59,788 nucleotides of DNA from an archaeon (lineage in GTDB: Archaea > Nanobdellota > Nanobdellia > Pacearchaeales > GW2011-AR1). Positions 9,752-18,578 of the stretch are shown here, one piece after another. The stretch lies in assembly GCA_043821945.1 (NCBI GenBank), contig JBDRCH010000011.1, positions 1 through 59,788 of the forward strand, in the 5' to 3' direction. The first letter of the stretch is position 1. Each line of letters starts with the position of its first letter. The notes beneath the pieces were generated by a model, which was given only the letters and a program-made list of their open reading frames with translations, did not search any database and had not been told where the DNA came from. The translations under genes and the position numbers were made by a program.

Positions 9752-10225
9752 CTACTGAAAGAAATGGTTAATCCACCTTCCAATAAAACAAGTAGCAATA
9801 ATGACCACAACAGCTATTATCAAATGTTCTGATACAACTTTTATCGAAGATTTCTTATTGACTCTTGCAAGATAGACACTAAATAAAAATATTAGGAATA
9901 ATCCCCAAACAATACTGGTTACTACTGCTGTGGATAAACTAAAAATCAAAAAAGGAACAATAAAACTAATTGCAAAAACAAACTTAAAAAACAGCGTTGA
10001 TAAAGTAGCTTCCCAAATATCTTTGTGGTTTTCATTATGGGTTTCTTCTGAAATATGTATTCCAAGAGCATCTGATAGAGAATCTGCTAAAGCAATAATC
10101 AAGATCCCTCCAATAACGATTTTTTCAGAATTTGTTCCATAATATAATCCAACAATTAATCCAATTGTTGTTATTATTCCAGAAGTTAATCCAAATCCAA
10201 ATCCTTTTTTTATTGAAGATTTCAT
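9752..10225 (-). CDS. VIT1/CCC1-like membrane protein
   Basis: GLTSGIITTIGLIVGL and ALADSLSDALGIHISEE motifs, with 4-5 TM helices. Confidence 0.55.
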   Translation of the reverse strand: MKSSIKKGFGFGLTSGIITTIGLIVGLYYGTNSEKIVIGGILIIALADSLSDALGIHISEETHNENHKDIWEATLSTLFFKFVFAISFIVPFLIFSLSTAVVTSIVWGLFLIFLFSVYLARVNKKSSIKVVSEHLIIAVVVIIATCFIGRWINHFFQ

Positions 10226-10770
10226 TATACTACCTTCATCATTTTTCTAAGAATACTACTAAAAATAATACTAAATATCAAATAAAACCAAAACCAACTT
10301 AAAAATCCAAAAAACTTGGGATTACCCATTACTGTAAAAAAATCCATAAACCATCTAAAAAACAAAATAAATGGAATACCTGTGTAAACCAAGGCTCTCA
10401 TGCTGAGCTTCATTGTTTTAGGAATAAATTCAAATTGCTTTTTTTGAAGTTCAATCATTTTTTCAGGATGATCTTTATATTTTTTCATTTCATCTTGAAG
10501 AATCTTTTGCTCTTTTTTCAGCTCTCTAAGAGTCTTTTGATCTGTTGCATATTTTTGAACCAGTGTTGTAATTAATGAAATAATAAAAACAAGAATCAAC
10601 ATTCCCCAAGTTACATCCCAATTAAGTAGAACCCCTGCACTAGGATCTAAAATCGAATGAACACCATCTTTAATAAAAGAAGCACTATCCCAAAAAAAAG
10701 CAATAGCTAATGATGCAAACATAATAAGAATAATTGGTTTAAAGCTACCTTCTTTTCCTTGAGTATCCAT
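10225..10770 (-). CDS. DUF106 / EMC3-TMCO1-like membrane insertase (archaeal Oxa1/YidC-like)
   Basis: Layout is TM, then a charged coiled coil (LRELKKEQKILQDEMKKYKDHPEKMIELQKKQ), then two TMs. It occupies the conserved position downstream of secY. Confidence 0.7.
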   Translation of the reverse strand: MDTQGKEGSFKPIILIMFASLAIAFFWDSASFIKDGVHSILDPSAGVLLNWDVTWGMLILVFIISLITTLVQKYATDQKTLRELKKEQKILQDEMKKYKDHPEKMIELQKKQFEFIPKTMKLSMRALVYTGIPFILFFRWFMDFFTVMGNPKFFGFLSWFWFYLIFSIIFSSILRKMMKVV

Positions 10771-11000
10771 AAGTAATTAAATCAAAGTTGGTTTTTAAAA
10801 TCTTCTAAGAAATAAGTAATGTTCACCCTGTTTGTTTATTAGTAGTAAATCTGGAGTAAAATTTAAATAAATTTCCCTTATTAGATATTCTCAAAAATTG
10901 AATATAACTTTCACGATTAAAGAAAGTTTCATCTTTGATGAAATTTGGGTGAACAAAAAAGAATATTTTTGTGAACTCTTTAATCGGTGTTCAAAGAAGT

Positions 11001-11346
11001 TTCGAATTTGAAAAGAGCAAATAAATAAATTTATAATATCTATCTGCCCTATTTCGTTAAGGTAAACGAAAATGAAAACTGTAAAAGTTTTTGGGATTTG
11101 GAATTTAGTTTTGTTGTTAGTAACAGCAATTCTATTTATTGCTTCTATAATCCAAAAGGATTATTTGTTTGCAATCCCTCTTGGGTTTATTGGAATTAGT
11201 GAATTGCTAATGGGTTTTACAGGATTAGTTGTTACAAGATAATAAATGTAAAACCAACTGTTAAAATTAACAATAACAAAATTCCTATAAAAGTAACGTT
11301 TTCATTAATACTCTGGAGTATATTTCCGTTTCTTTTCAAATTCGAA
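11001..11346. repeat. 15-bp perfect inverted repeat pair flanking a small ORF
   Basis: TTCGAATTTGAAAAG at 11001-11015 and its reverse complement CTTTTCAAATTCGAA at 11332-11346. Confidence 0.6.
11072..11242 (+). CDS. Small two-TM protein (56 aa), hypothetical
   Basis: Hand translation gives MKTVKVFGIWNLVLLLVTAILFIASIIQKDYLFAIPLGFIGISELLMGFTGLVVTR. Below the ORF-track cut-off. An AAGGT element lies upstream. Confidence 0.35.
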   Translation: MKTVKVFGIWNLVLLLVTAILFIASIIQKDYLFAIPLGFIGISELLMGFTGLVVTR

Positions 11347-11466
11347 ATTTGGGCTTGTCTTTGAACAACTTTTAATCGAACTTTTTAAAATTCTGATTAA
11401 TTAAAACTTTATCTATTTTATTTTAGGAAGACGTTTTTATTCCCAAGAACTAAAACTTCCTCCTCC

Positions 11467-12906
11467 CTAACTACCAATAAATTTTCTCATAGCAGGATTC
11501 ATATCTACTGAATGTTGTTGTGCAATATTTTGATACATTTGAAACATGATCATTATAACCAAGAGAATCGCTGTTCCTGAAACTAATGCTCCAAGCAGAT
11601 CACTAACAGAAGCAAGTAAACCAATTGCCATTCCACCCATTATTGTTAATGGCATAATATACCTATCAAGAATACTTTCTAAAACTCTTATATCTTGTCT
11701 AAATCCAGAAACCTGCAATCCAGATGAATTTATTTTTTTAGCTTGAGCTTTTGCATCCATTCCAGAAGTTTTAACCCAGAAAATAGCAAAGATTGTTGAA
11801 AAAATCATAAAGAATAAAATATGAGTTATCCCTTGGAATAGATATATTGGTAAAAACCCCCCCCTAATAAATAATTCTAATAAGTTTGTTGAACCCATCC
11901 AAAATGCAAGACCTGAAACCGCCTGTCCATTAACAAAATGTCCTAAAAAAGTTAATTTTGAAGCAATTTTTGCAGCTCCAACACATACCCCTCCTTCGAT
12001 AAAACATGGTGTAGCAGCATTTTCAATAATTCCTCCTAATAATTGAAAATTCGCAATCAATGCAGCAGTTAAAATAACAGGAATAACAGAAGCATAAAAA
12101 AACGACAAAGGCCATTTAACACCATAACCTCTAATTCTTCCAAAAGATAAAGGAATTTCAACTTTCAAAGATTGTGCCCAAACAACTATTAAGAAAATAA
12201 TTGCAGTAGCAAGAATTGCTGCAGCAGCAGATAAAAATTCTATCTGATGTTTGCTGATTATTGACTGAATTAAAACGAAAACTTTTCCCGAACAAGGTGT
12301 TCCTTTAAAATCTAATAAGCAATTTTTTCCTTGTTGATTTATAAATTGAAAAGCACTTGTGAATAATCTCCATGATACACCTGCAGCAATAAACAAACTA
12401 ACTCCAGAACCAAAACCCCATTTAGTTGTAACTTGGTCCATATAAAAAATAGCCAAACCACCGAGTATTAATTGGAAGATTAACAAGCTTGTAAAACCTG
12501 GCGCAGCTTCAAGCCCTTTCATTAAAACATAAACCATTGCTTCAAATATTATAAAAAAGAAAACCAAGAGGTTTTGAATTCCTTGAAAAAACTTTTTACC
12601 TTCAACACTTGTTGTGTCAATATTTAATATTCCTGAACCAGTGAGTAGTTGCAGAATAATAGAAGCCATAACAATCGGACCAATTCCTAATGAGATAATA
12701 CTCCCAAAATCAGTTCCAAGAATTATTGCAAGATATTCAAATCTTGATAATGCATTTGCACTAAGACCAAAAAGAGGAATATTTGCTAATACAAAAAAAG
12801 CCCCCAAAACAATCAATGTCCACTTTAACTTTACCTTAAAGCCAAGCTTTTTTTCATCTGGTTTCCTCACTTCTGGAATATAATTAAATATTGCTTTTAA
12901 GTCCAT
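11467..12906 (-). CDS. secY: Protein translocase subunit SecY
   Basis: 10-TM protein at the end of the r-protein cluster. Likely start is MDLKAIFNYIPEV (ATG 12906); the track start at 12927 would overlap the upstream gene. Confidence 0.9.
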   Translation of the reverse strand: MDLKAIFNYIPEVRKPDEKKLGFKVKLKWTLIVLGAFFVLANIPLFGLSANALSRFEYLAIILGTDFGSIISLGIGPIVMASIILQLLTGSGILNIDTTSVEGKKFFQGIQNLLVFFFIIFEAMVYVLMKGLEAAPGFTSLLIFQLILGGLAIFYMDQVTTKWGFGSGVSLFIAAGVSWRLFTSAFQFINQQGKNCLLDFKGTPCSGKVFVLIQSIISKHQIEFLSAAAAILATAIIFLIVVWAQSLKVEIPLSFGRIRGYGVKWPLSFFYASVIPVILTAALIANFQLLGGIIENAATPCFIEGGVCVGAAKIASKLTFLGHFVNGQAVSGLAFWMGSTNLLELFIRGGFLPIYLFQGITHILFFMIFSTIFAIFWVKTSGMDAKAQAKKINSSGLQVSGFRQDIRVLESILDRYIMPLTIMGGMAIGLLASVSDLLGALVSGTAILLVIMIMFQMYQNIAQQHSVDMNPAMRKFIGS

Positions 12907-12908
12907 TT

Positions 12909-13148
12909 TCAAATTGAAAAAGTGCAAAGCACTTTATCAGGATATTTAATTCCTCTGAAATATTTACATATAGAAGTATCTTTAATAGCACATTGATGTT
13001 TTGTAGTGTTGTCTTCTTTATTCCAAGGACATTCATCTTGTTTCCAATCAACATCCTCTCTAGAAACTAAGTCTATATCCATAGCACCTCTCAATTCAGT
13101 TATTTTATTATTATCCATTTTATTTATTTTCTCGACTTGGGAGAGCAT
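12909..13148 (-). CDS. Cys-containing orphan protein (79 aa) between uL15 and secY
   Basis: ORF on the same strand as its neighbours, separated by 2-nt gaps. Four Cys residues (DECPW, HQCAI, SICKYF, VLCTF). Confidence 0.5.
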   Translation of the reverse strand: MLSQVEKINKMDNNKITELRGAMDIDLVSREDVDWKQDECPWNKEDNTTKHQCAIKDTSICKYFRGIKYPDKVLCTFSI

Positions 13149-13150
13149 AG

Positions 13151-13690
13151 TTATTTCTTGATAATTTTTTCTTCCCCCTTAGCAACCTTCTTACTCTTTT
13201 TTACAACCTTTTCCTTAACTTCTTTTTCAAATTTCTTTTTTTCACTAAATTTTACTTCTTTTTTAATAGGAAGTATAATCTCTCCACCTACTTTCTCAAT
13301 CTTTTTTCTTGCACTTGCAGAAGCTTCTTTGGCTTTTATAATTAACTTCTTTGAAATTTCACCTTCTCCGAGAATTTTATAATCTGAGAGATCAATTTGA
13401 CCATTTTTATTTTGATATTTTTCTAAATTTAATTCAATGTCTTTTAGATTGATTTTCTTTCTTGTATCTCTTTTTGTTCCTCTGCTTGTAATTCCTTGTT
13501 TTCCAAAATAGTTATGACCATATTTCTTATTAACAAGTGTCTTTTTTTGATCTGCTCTCTTTCCACTTCCAGACATTCCAACTCCTCCTCTATGCCCAGA
13601 ACCTTTTCGTTTTTTACGAGCTCCGCCTCCATGAGTGCCTCTTCCATGACCATGCATCCTTGTTGATTTTTTTCTTTTTTTTAATTTCAT
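13151..13690 (-). CDS. rpl15: Ribosomal protein uL15 with Lys-rich C-terminal extension
   Basis: N-terminal RMHGHGRGTHGGGARKKRKGSGHRGGVGMSGSGKR. The tail is EKKKFEKEVKEKVVKKSKKVAKGEEKIIKK. Confidence 0.9.
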   Translation of the reverse strand: MKLKKRKKSTRMHGHGRGTHGGGARKKRKGSGHRGGVGMSGSGKRADQKKTLVNKKYGHNYFGKQGITSRGTKRDTRKKINLKDIELNLEKYQNKNGQIDLSDYKILGEGEISKKLIIKAKEASASARKKIEKVGGEIILPIKKEVKFSEKKKFEKEVKEKVVKKSKKVAKGEEKIIKK

Positions 13691-13878
13691 TTTAGCTCCA
13701 TTTTAGTTGAACCTTCAAGTAAAGAAGATAATTGGTTAGGACTAACATACCTTTTTTCAATGGGTTTAGAGGTTCCCTTGATATTCTCAAAAATATTTAC
13801 AATAGCAGTCCCATTAGTGTTTCTTTTAACATCTAATATTTTATATGCTCCCTTCAAATAAAATTCCGATTTTTCCAT
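13687..13878 (-). CDS. Orphan protein (63 aa) between uL30 and uL15
   Basis: ORF with a 4-nt ATGA overlap on the uL15 start and a 1-nt gap after the uL30 stop. Confidence 0.5.
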   Translation of the reverse strand: MEKSEFYLKGAYKILDVKRNTNGTAIVNIFENIKGTSKPIEKRYVSPNQLSSLLEGSTKMELK

Positions 13879-13879
13879 C

Positions 13880-14242
13880 TTACAACATCCTCCGAATTAA
13901 TTCATTTATTTTATCTTTATGGTTTCCTAAAACTCCTTTATTAACTCCAAAATGTTTTTTACTTTCAATTCCTCCTCGGGGTGGATGAAGCCTGAAAAAT
14001 GGTTTTAATTTTCCCTGAGTATCTTTTTTTCCGCGCTTTTCAACAAGTTCTTTATAAGTTGCTTCATCAATCTCACCATATGCAACAAAATCCTTAATTT
14101 TCTTAATCATTCCTAATTGCTCTTTTGTTGGCTTATCAAAAACAACACAAGAATATTTTCTTCTTAATCTCAATCTATAAAGAGTTTCAACTATTGGTTT
14201 TTTTAACTTCACTTGTCCGTGTATTCTAATTACTGCTTCCAT
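13880..14242 (-). CDS. rpl30: Ribosomal protein uL30
   Basis: AVIRIHGQVKLKKPIVETLYRLRLRRKYSCVVF. Operon position is consistent. Confidence 0.9.
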   Translation of the reverse strand: MEAVIRIHGQVKLKKPIVETLYRLRLRRKYSCVVFDKPTKEQLGMIKKIKDFVAYGEIDEATYKELVEKRGKKDTQGKLKPFFRLHPPRGGIESKKHFGVNKGVLGNHKDKINELIRRML

Positions 14243-15048
14243 TCCCTTTCCTCCATCCTATTTGTTTGCTCAAGTGCATTAATACAAGCTTTTATTAAAT
14301 TAAAAGTTGTTCGCTTATGTCCAAATGTCTTTGTGTAAACATCTTTGATTCCTGCCATTTTCAAAACTTTTCTTGTTTCTGATCCAGCAACTATTCCAGT
14401 TCCTTGAGGCGCAGGTGTCAAGACTATTCTGACGCTTCCTGCCTTACCCATAATTTTGAATGGAATTGAATGAAGTTCTGAACAAGCACAATCAAAACTA
14501 CTGCAAGCTCTTTTAATTTTGATAACATTCAATTTTGCTTTTCTTATTGCTTTATCTCTTGCAGGAAGAGTTTCTTTTGCTTTTCCATTTCCAATACCAA
14601 TATGTCCATTTTCATCACCAACAATTGCAAGTGTTGAAAAAGAAGGAACATTGCCTTCTTTTGTTTTTCTCTGAGTCTGTCTCCAAGCTCTTCTTTTCCC
14701 TCCACCAAATTTACCTTTTGATTGCCCAATTGAAATTAAATCAGATTTTGTATCAATCAAGAAATCTACAATCTCTGGTTCGAGAATTTTCTTTTTAGAA
14801 TCTAAAATTTCATCAATATTTTTAATTTTCCCGTCCTTGACTTCTCTTCCAAGCTTAGTTTTTGGTTCCCATCCAATTAAAATTTCTTTTTCATCATTTT
14901 TTGGTGCAGGGGTTTTGCCATTAATTCTATTTTCTGTCTCTTCTTTCATCTTTTCCAAGTCTTCTAAATCAGATTCATCTAAAACTTCCTCTGGAACTTC
15001 TGCATATTCATCAATTTGTTCTTCTTGATTTATTTTTTCTTCACTCAT
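14230..15048 (-). CDS. rps5: Ribosomal protein uS5 with acidic N-terminal extension
   Basis: Core GKFGGGKRRAWRQTQ...VGDENGHIGIGNGKAKE...GTGIVAG. It is preceded by about 60 aa of E/D-rich sequence. Confidence 0.9.
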   Translation of the reverse strand: MSEEKINQEEQIDEYAEVPEEVLDESDLEDLEKMKEETENRINGKTPAPKNDEKEILIGWEPKTKLGREVKDGKIKNIDEILDSKKKILEPEIVDFLIDTKSDLISIGQSKGKFGGGKRRAWRQTQRKTKEGNVPSFSTLAIVGDENGHIGIGNGKAKETLPARDKAIRKAKLNVIKIKRACSSFDCACSELHSIPFKIMGKAGSVRIVLTPAPQGTGIVAGSETRKVLKMAGIKDVYTKTFGHKRTTFNLIKACINALEQTNRMEEREWKQ

Positions 15049-15566
15049 TTTAGTCCCTCTATTTTGGATTTAATTTCATCAAATGAAATTTTCTCCTTGA
15101 GATTTTCTCCTTGAATCTTTTTCTCATCTGGAAATGTTTCTTGAATTGTTTTTATTTCAATCCCCGAGTCAACAAGTCCTTTTAAAAATCCAAAGACCTT
15201 TGTCTTATGAAGTGCTCTTAACATTCCAAAATCCACAATAGGAGTATCTAAATTTTTCTGAATAATTTTCTTTCCAAATAATAAACCTGTAAAATATGCT
15301 GCAGATATTGATTTGAGACTGCTTTTATTTTTTTCAGGCCAACCATGTTTCAATAATTCTTTCGAACTGATCCCAAAAATAACTTTGTCTCTTGCTTCCT
15401 CACTTTTGACATATTGAACAATAAAATATCTATTGGTTCTTCTAAAAACAATCCTAGGCTTCTCACTTTTGAGCAATTTAATTCTCTTCCCATAATCTGT
15501 CTTATGGTCTTTTTTCCTTTTTTTTAATGTTCTTAAGGATTTTTTAGCTTTCATTGTCTTTTCCAT
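15045..15566 (-). CDS. rpl18: Ribosomal protein uL18
   Basis: RIVFRRTNRYFIVQYV...AAYFTGLL. Operon position is consistent. Confidence 0.85.
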   Translation of the reverse strand: MEKTMKAKKSLRTLKKRKKDHKTDYGKRIKLLKSEKPRIVFRRTNRYFIVQYVKSEEARDKVIFGISSKELLKHGWPEKNKSSLKSISAAYFTGLLFGKKIIQKNLDTPIVDFGMLRALHKTKVFGFLKGLVDSGIEIKTIQETFPDEKKIQGENLKEKISFDEIKSKIEGLK

Positions 15567-16021
15567 TCCTGATTTATCTTGGTCATAATCTTAATAAGAT
15601 CTTTTTTAAATTCATTGTTCCAAAAATTAACACAATAATCAATGAATTCAGCTTCTTTTTCATTCTCTTTTGTCAAGCTCATTAAACTATTCTTACTGGT
15701 GACAACCATAACTTTTTTCATTAATTCTGTGATTTCTTTTTTTTCTTCAGAATCAAATATTCTGCTTTCACTTAAATTCAAAATATTCTGAGGATTAGGC
15801 ATAATTAAACTATGAAGATAATTACTCCATGCAACATAAAGTTCAGTCATTCTTGAACGCAACTGTCTCGACAAATTTTCGCTCACAAAACCCTCTCTTA
15901 AAATATAGTCCTTAATGAAAAATATTTTATCAATCTCTTCAAGATTAGAAGAAAAACCTAATTCTTGTTTAAGATTGTTAAATTTCTCCTTAAAATAATT
16001 AATTAATTCCTGATTTTTCAT
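15551..16021 (-). CDS. Orphan, apparently helical protein (156 aa) between eL19 and uL18
   Basis: ORF overlaps the eL19 stop by 4 nt and the uL18 start by 16 nt. No recognisable motif. Confidence 0.55.
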   Translation of the reverse strand: MKNQELINYFKEKFNNLKQELGFSSNLEEIDKIFFIKDYILREGFVSENLSRQLRSRMTELYVAWSNYLHSLIMPNPQNILNLSESRIFDSEEKKEITELMKKVMVVTSKNSLMSLTKENEKEAEFIDYCVNFWNNEFKKDLIKIMTKINQEWKRQ

Positions 16022-16425
16022 AATCTCAACCCTCCAATATATTCTTTTAAGTTTGCTTTGCTCTTGAATTTTTTATTTCTTATTCTCTTTCTAATTTCAA
16101 TAACTTCTTCCCTTGATAATTCTCCTTTCTTTTTTAAATCAGAAACATATCCTCTAAGTTTTCTTGTCATAATAATATAGTCTCTTTTTCTGGTGTTGAT
16201 CTTCTTCTTTATCTTACCGACTCCTCTTTTTCTTTTTCTCTTTTGAATCTTTTTTCTTCCTTTAATTTCTTTAACAATTATGGCGCCATCTTCCTTTAAT
16301 TCACGGATATCTTGTTTTGTAAGTGCTTCTTTAATATCATTTAATCTCGATTTTAGAAAAACAATTCTATCTTTCCCTACTTTTAATGTTCTTACTGCTA
16401 AATATTTTTTCTTGCCTAAATTCAT
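16018..16425 (-). CDS. rpl19e: Ribosomal protein eL19
   Basis: LGKKKYLAVRTLKVGKDRIVF...RGYVSDLKKKG; highly basic. Operon position is consistent. Confidence 0.85.
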   Translation of the reverse strand: MNLGKKKYLAVRTLKVGKDRIVFLKSRLNDIKEALTKQDIRELKEDGAIIVKEIKGRKKIQKRKRKRGVGKIKKKINTRKRDYIIMTRKLRGYVSDLKKKGELSREEVIEIRKRIRNKKFKSKANLKEYIGGLRL

Positions 16426-16907
16426 TTTTTATTCTCCTTAGATTTTTCTTGAGAATTTTCTTTAATATTTTCATCTTTCTTTATTTTATTTTTTGCTTTT
16501 TCAGACTTTTCTTTTTCTATTTTATCTTCTTTAGCTTTTTTCTGTATCTCAATCTTCTTCAAAAATCTTTTGATATTAACATTTGAGACTATAATCTTTT
16601 TTTCTTGAGCTTTTTTTAGGATTTCAATTTTTTTCTTTTTTCCAACACTTGTTATGATCGCAATATTATTTTTTTTGATTTTTTCTAAATCTTTAATATT
16701 GCTAACTAAAATAGGAATTTTTTCTTTAACCCGGTCTTTAATTTTTTTGTCACTACTATAGCCAATACTTACCACAGCAGGATAACCTTTTCTTTTCTCT
16801 CTCATTTTGTTATCTCTCCCTTTTGGACTTCTCCAAACTTGTTTTTTCTTTCTGCCTTTCCCTAGTTTCACATATCTGCTCCAAGTTCGTCTTAGGAATT
16901 TTACCAT
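16422..16907 (-). CDS. rpl32e: Ribosomal protein eL32 with K/E-rich C-terminal extension
   Basis: FLRRTWSRYVKLGKGRKKKQVWRSPKGRDNKMR. The tail is KAKEDKIEKEKSEKAKNKIKKDENIKENSQEKSKENKK. Confidence 0.85.
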   Translation of the reverse strand: MVKFLRRTWSRYVKLGKGRKKKQVWRSPKGRDNKMREKRKGYPAVVSIGYSSDKKIKDRVKEKIPILVSNIKDLEKIKKNNIAIITSVGKKKKIEILKKAQEKKIIVSNVNIKRFLKKIEIQKKAKEDKIEKEKSEKAKNKIKKDENIKENSQEKSKENKK

Positions 16908-17449
16908 TATATTTCCCTCCCTGCTTTACTTATCATAAAAATTCCATCTTGGAAAACTCTTCTGTCTTTCATTTTTATTTTTGTGGCTTCTTCAAAATTT
17001 GCTGCTGTCTGACCTGCTAACTCCTTGTTTGTTGAAATAATTGTTATAAAAGGACCATCAATTTTAACTTCTGTTTCCTTAATAATCTTAACTTTCCTTG
17101 GAACTTTCTCTCCTAAAAAATTCTTTATAATAGCTTCATTCCCCTTAATATCAATTGTTATTGGAAAATGATTAAAGCAAATTTTTAATTTATACTCAAA
17201 TTTTTCTTGCACTCCTTTAATCAAGTTTCTAATATGTGCAGAAATGGTGTTTATCATTTTTTTTTCATTTTTTGTGGCTTTTTTATTTCCGATAATTAAT
17301 TTATCCCCTTTTTTTTCAAAATCCAATCCTCCAATATTTAATTCTTTTTTATTTTCTCCTTCGTCGCCTTTAACTGTCAAGAGATTTCCTTCTAAATTAA
17401 CTTCCACTCCTTTTGGGATTTCAATTTCTTGGATTATTTCCTTTTTCAT
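16907..17449 (-). CDS. rpl6: Ribosomal protein uL6
   Basis: Two-domain uL6 pattern (IEIPKGVEVNLEGNLLTVKG...KLKICFNHFPI...). Operon position is consistent. Confidence 0.9.
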   Translation of the reverse strand: MKKEIIQEIEIPKGVEVNLEGNLLTVKGDEGENKKELNIGGLDFEKKGDKLIIGNKKATKNEKKMINTISAHIRNLIKGVQEKFEYKLKICFNHFPITIDIKGNEAIIKNFLGEKVPRKVKIIKETEVKIDGPFITIISTNKELAGQTAANFEEATKIKMKDRRVFQDGIFMISKAGREI

Positions 17450-17450
17450 T

Positions 17451-17831
17451 TTAATAAAAATATGCTATTAGGCTTCCCCCTATTTTTTCTTCTTGAGCTT
17501 CTTCATGAGTCATTAATCCTTTGTTTGTAGATATGATCATTATTCCCAAATTTCTTGCAGGAAGATATCTTCTTCTATATTTTTCAATCTGATCTAGATC
17601 GCAGCTAAATCTCGGTTTGATTGCCTTGCATCCAAAAAATTCTCCGAGGGTGATCTTTAGCGATTTTTCTTTGCTATTAATCTTGTATTTTTTTACAGCT
17701 CCTTCTTGTTTCATTATTTTCAAAACTTCGATTAATAAATTTGAAATTCTTTTTACATTAATTATTTCTTTTCTTGCTCTCTTAGCATTTCTCATCATGT
17801 TTAGTGCATCAGCAACTACATCTTGTGACAT
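17451..17831 (-). CDS. rps8: Ribosomal protein uS8
   Basis: DVVADALNMMRNAKRARK...GIMIISTNKGLMTHEEA...GGSLIAYFY. Confidence 0.9.
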   Translation of the reverse strand: MSQDVVADALNMMRNAKRARKEIINVKRISNLLIEVLKIMKQEGAVKKYKINSKEKSLKITLGEFFGCKAIKPRFSCDLDQIEKYRRRYLPARNLGIMIISTNKGLMTHEEAQEEKIGGSLIAYFY

Positions 17832-17832
17832 T

Positions 17833-18063
17833 TTAACTATATTTTTTAAAGCCGATTTCTTCTGCTATTTCTCTAAAGCATTGTCGGCATAAATTTAATC
17901 CATATGAACTTATGTGTGCACCAAATCTTCCGCATTTCTCACATTTTTGCACAGCTATTCCAATTTTCCTTTCTTTGGGCTTATTATGTTTAATGAATTT
18001 ATTCATCACAGCTGGCTTTTTCTTCAACTGCTTTAATATTTTTTTCCAATCACTTGCTGTCAT
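17833..18063 (-). CDS. rps14: Ribosomal protein uS14 (zinc type)
   Basis: CEKCGRFGAHISSYGLNLCRQCFRE. 76 aa, with a somewhat long basic N-terminus. Confidence 0.85.
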   Translation of the reverse strand: MTASDWKKILKQLKKKPAVMNKFIKHNKPKERKIGIAVQKCEKCGRFGAHISSYGLNLCRQCFREIAEEIGFKKYS

Positions 18064-18064
18064 T

Positions 18065-18577
18065 TTATCTAAACTCCACTTGGAAATTATCTTCCATGAA
18101 TTTAATTATTTCTTCTTTACTAATTACTTGTCGCTTTGGAATTCTGTTTCTCTTGATCTTCCTTAATTTAACTCTTCTTCCAGATCTTTTAAATACAACT
18201 GTAACATCAAATCCTCGAATTCCAATATCTCTTTGATATTCCACTCCAGGAATTTCAAGATATTCTTTTATTCCAAATGAAAAATTATTCTCGCTGATTT
18301 GTTTCTTTTTCAATGCCTTGTCAATTGTGATTAACATCTTTTTTAGAAATTCTTTTGAATTTTTTCTTATTGTTATAACTGCTCCTATCTCTAAACCTGG
18401 TCTAATCCCTAAGGTAGGAATTCTCTTTTTAGACTTCATCCTAGAAGCTTTTCTTCCAGGAACCAAAAACTCTAATAGTTTAACACCTTTTTCTAAATCT
18501 TCTCCAATTCCCCCCGCACTTATAACAACTTTCTCTATTTTTATTTCTCTCATTGGGTTTTGTTTTTGTTCAATCAT
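18065..18577 (-). CDS. rpl5: Ribosomal protein uL5
   Basis: NPMREIKIEKVVISAGG...FSFGIKEYLEIPGVEYQRDIGIRGFDVTV. Confidence 0.9.
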   Translation of the reverse strand: MIEQKQNPMREIKIEKVVISAGGIGEDLEKGVKLLEFLVPGRKASRMKSKKRIPTLGIRPGLEIGAVITIRKNSKEFLKKMLITIDKALKKKQISENNFSFGIKEYLEIPGVEYQRDIGIRGFDVTVVFKRSGRRVKLRKIKRNRIPKRQVISKEEIIKFMEDNFQVEFR

Positions 18578-18578
18578 T

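Noticed and set aside
12907-12927. Longer N-termini proposed by the ORF track for secY, SUI1 (to 21535), uL22 (to 23275), eS4 (to 19256), aIF5A (to 42645), deoA (from 31267), spt5 (TTG 45141) and others.
   Set aside because: The extensions overlap upstream genes and add non-conserved residues. Internal ATGs directly after the upstream stop give N-termini that match the protein families.
16386-16586. Phe/Leu/Ile-rich plus-strand ORFs across the ribosomal cluster (for example 16386..16586, 17244..17471, 18318..18608, 19624..19866).
   Set aside because: They are mirror images of the Lys/Glu-rich r-protein tails on the minus strand (AAA/GAA codons read as TTT/TTC), so they are not genes.
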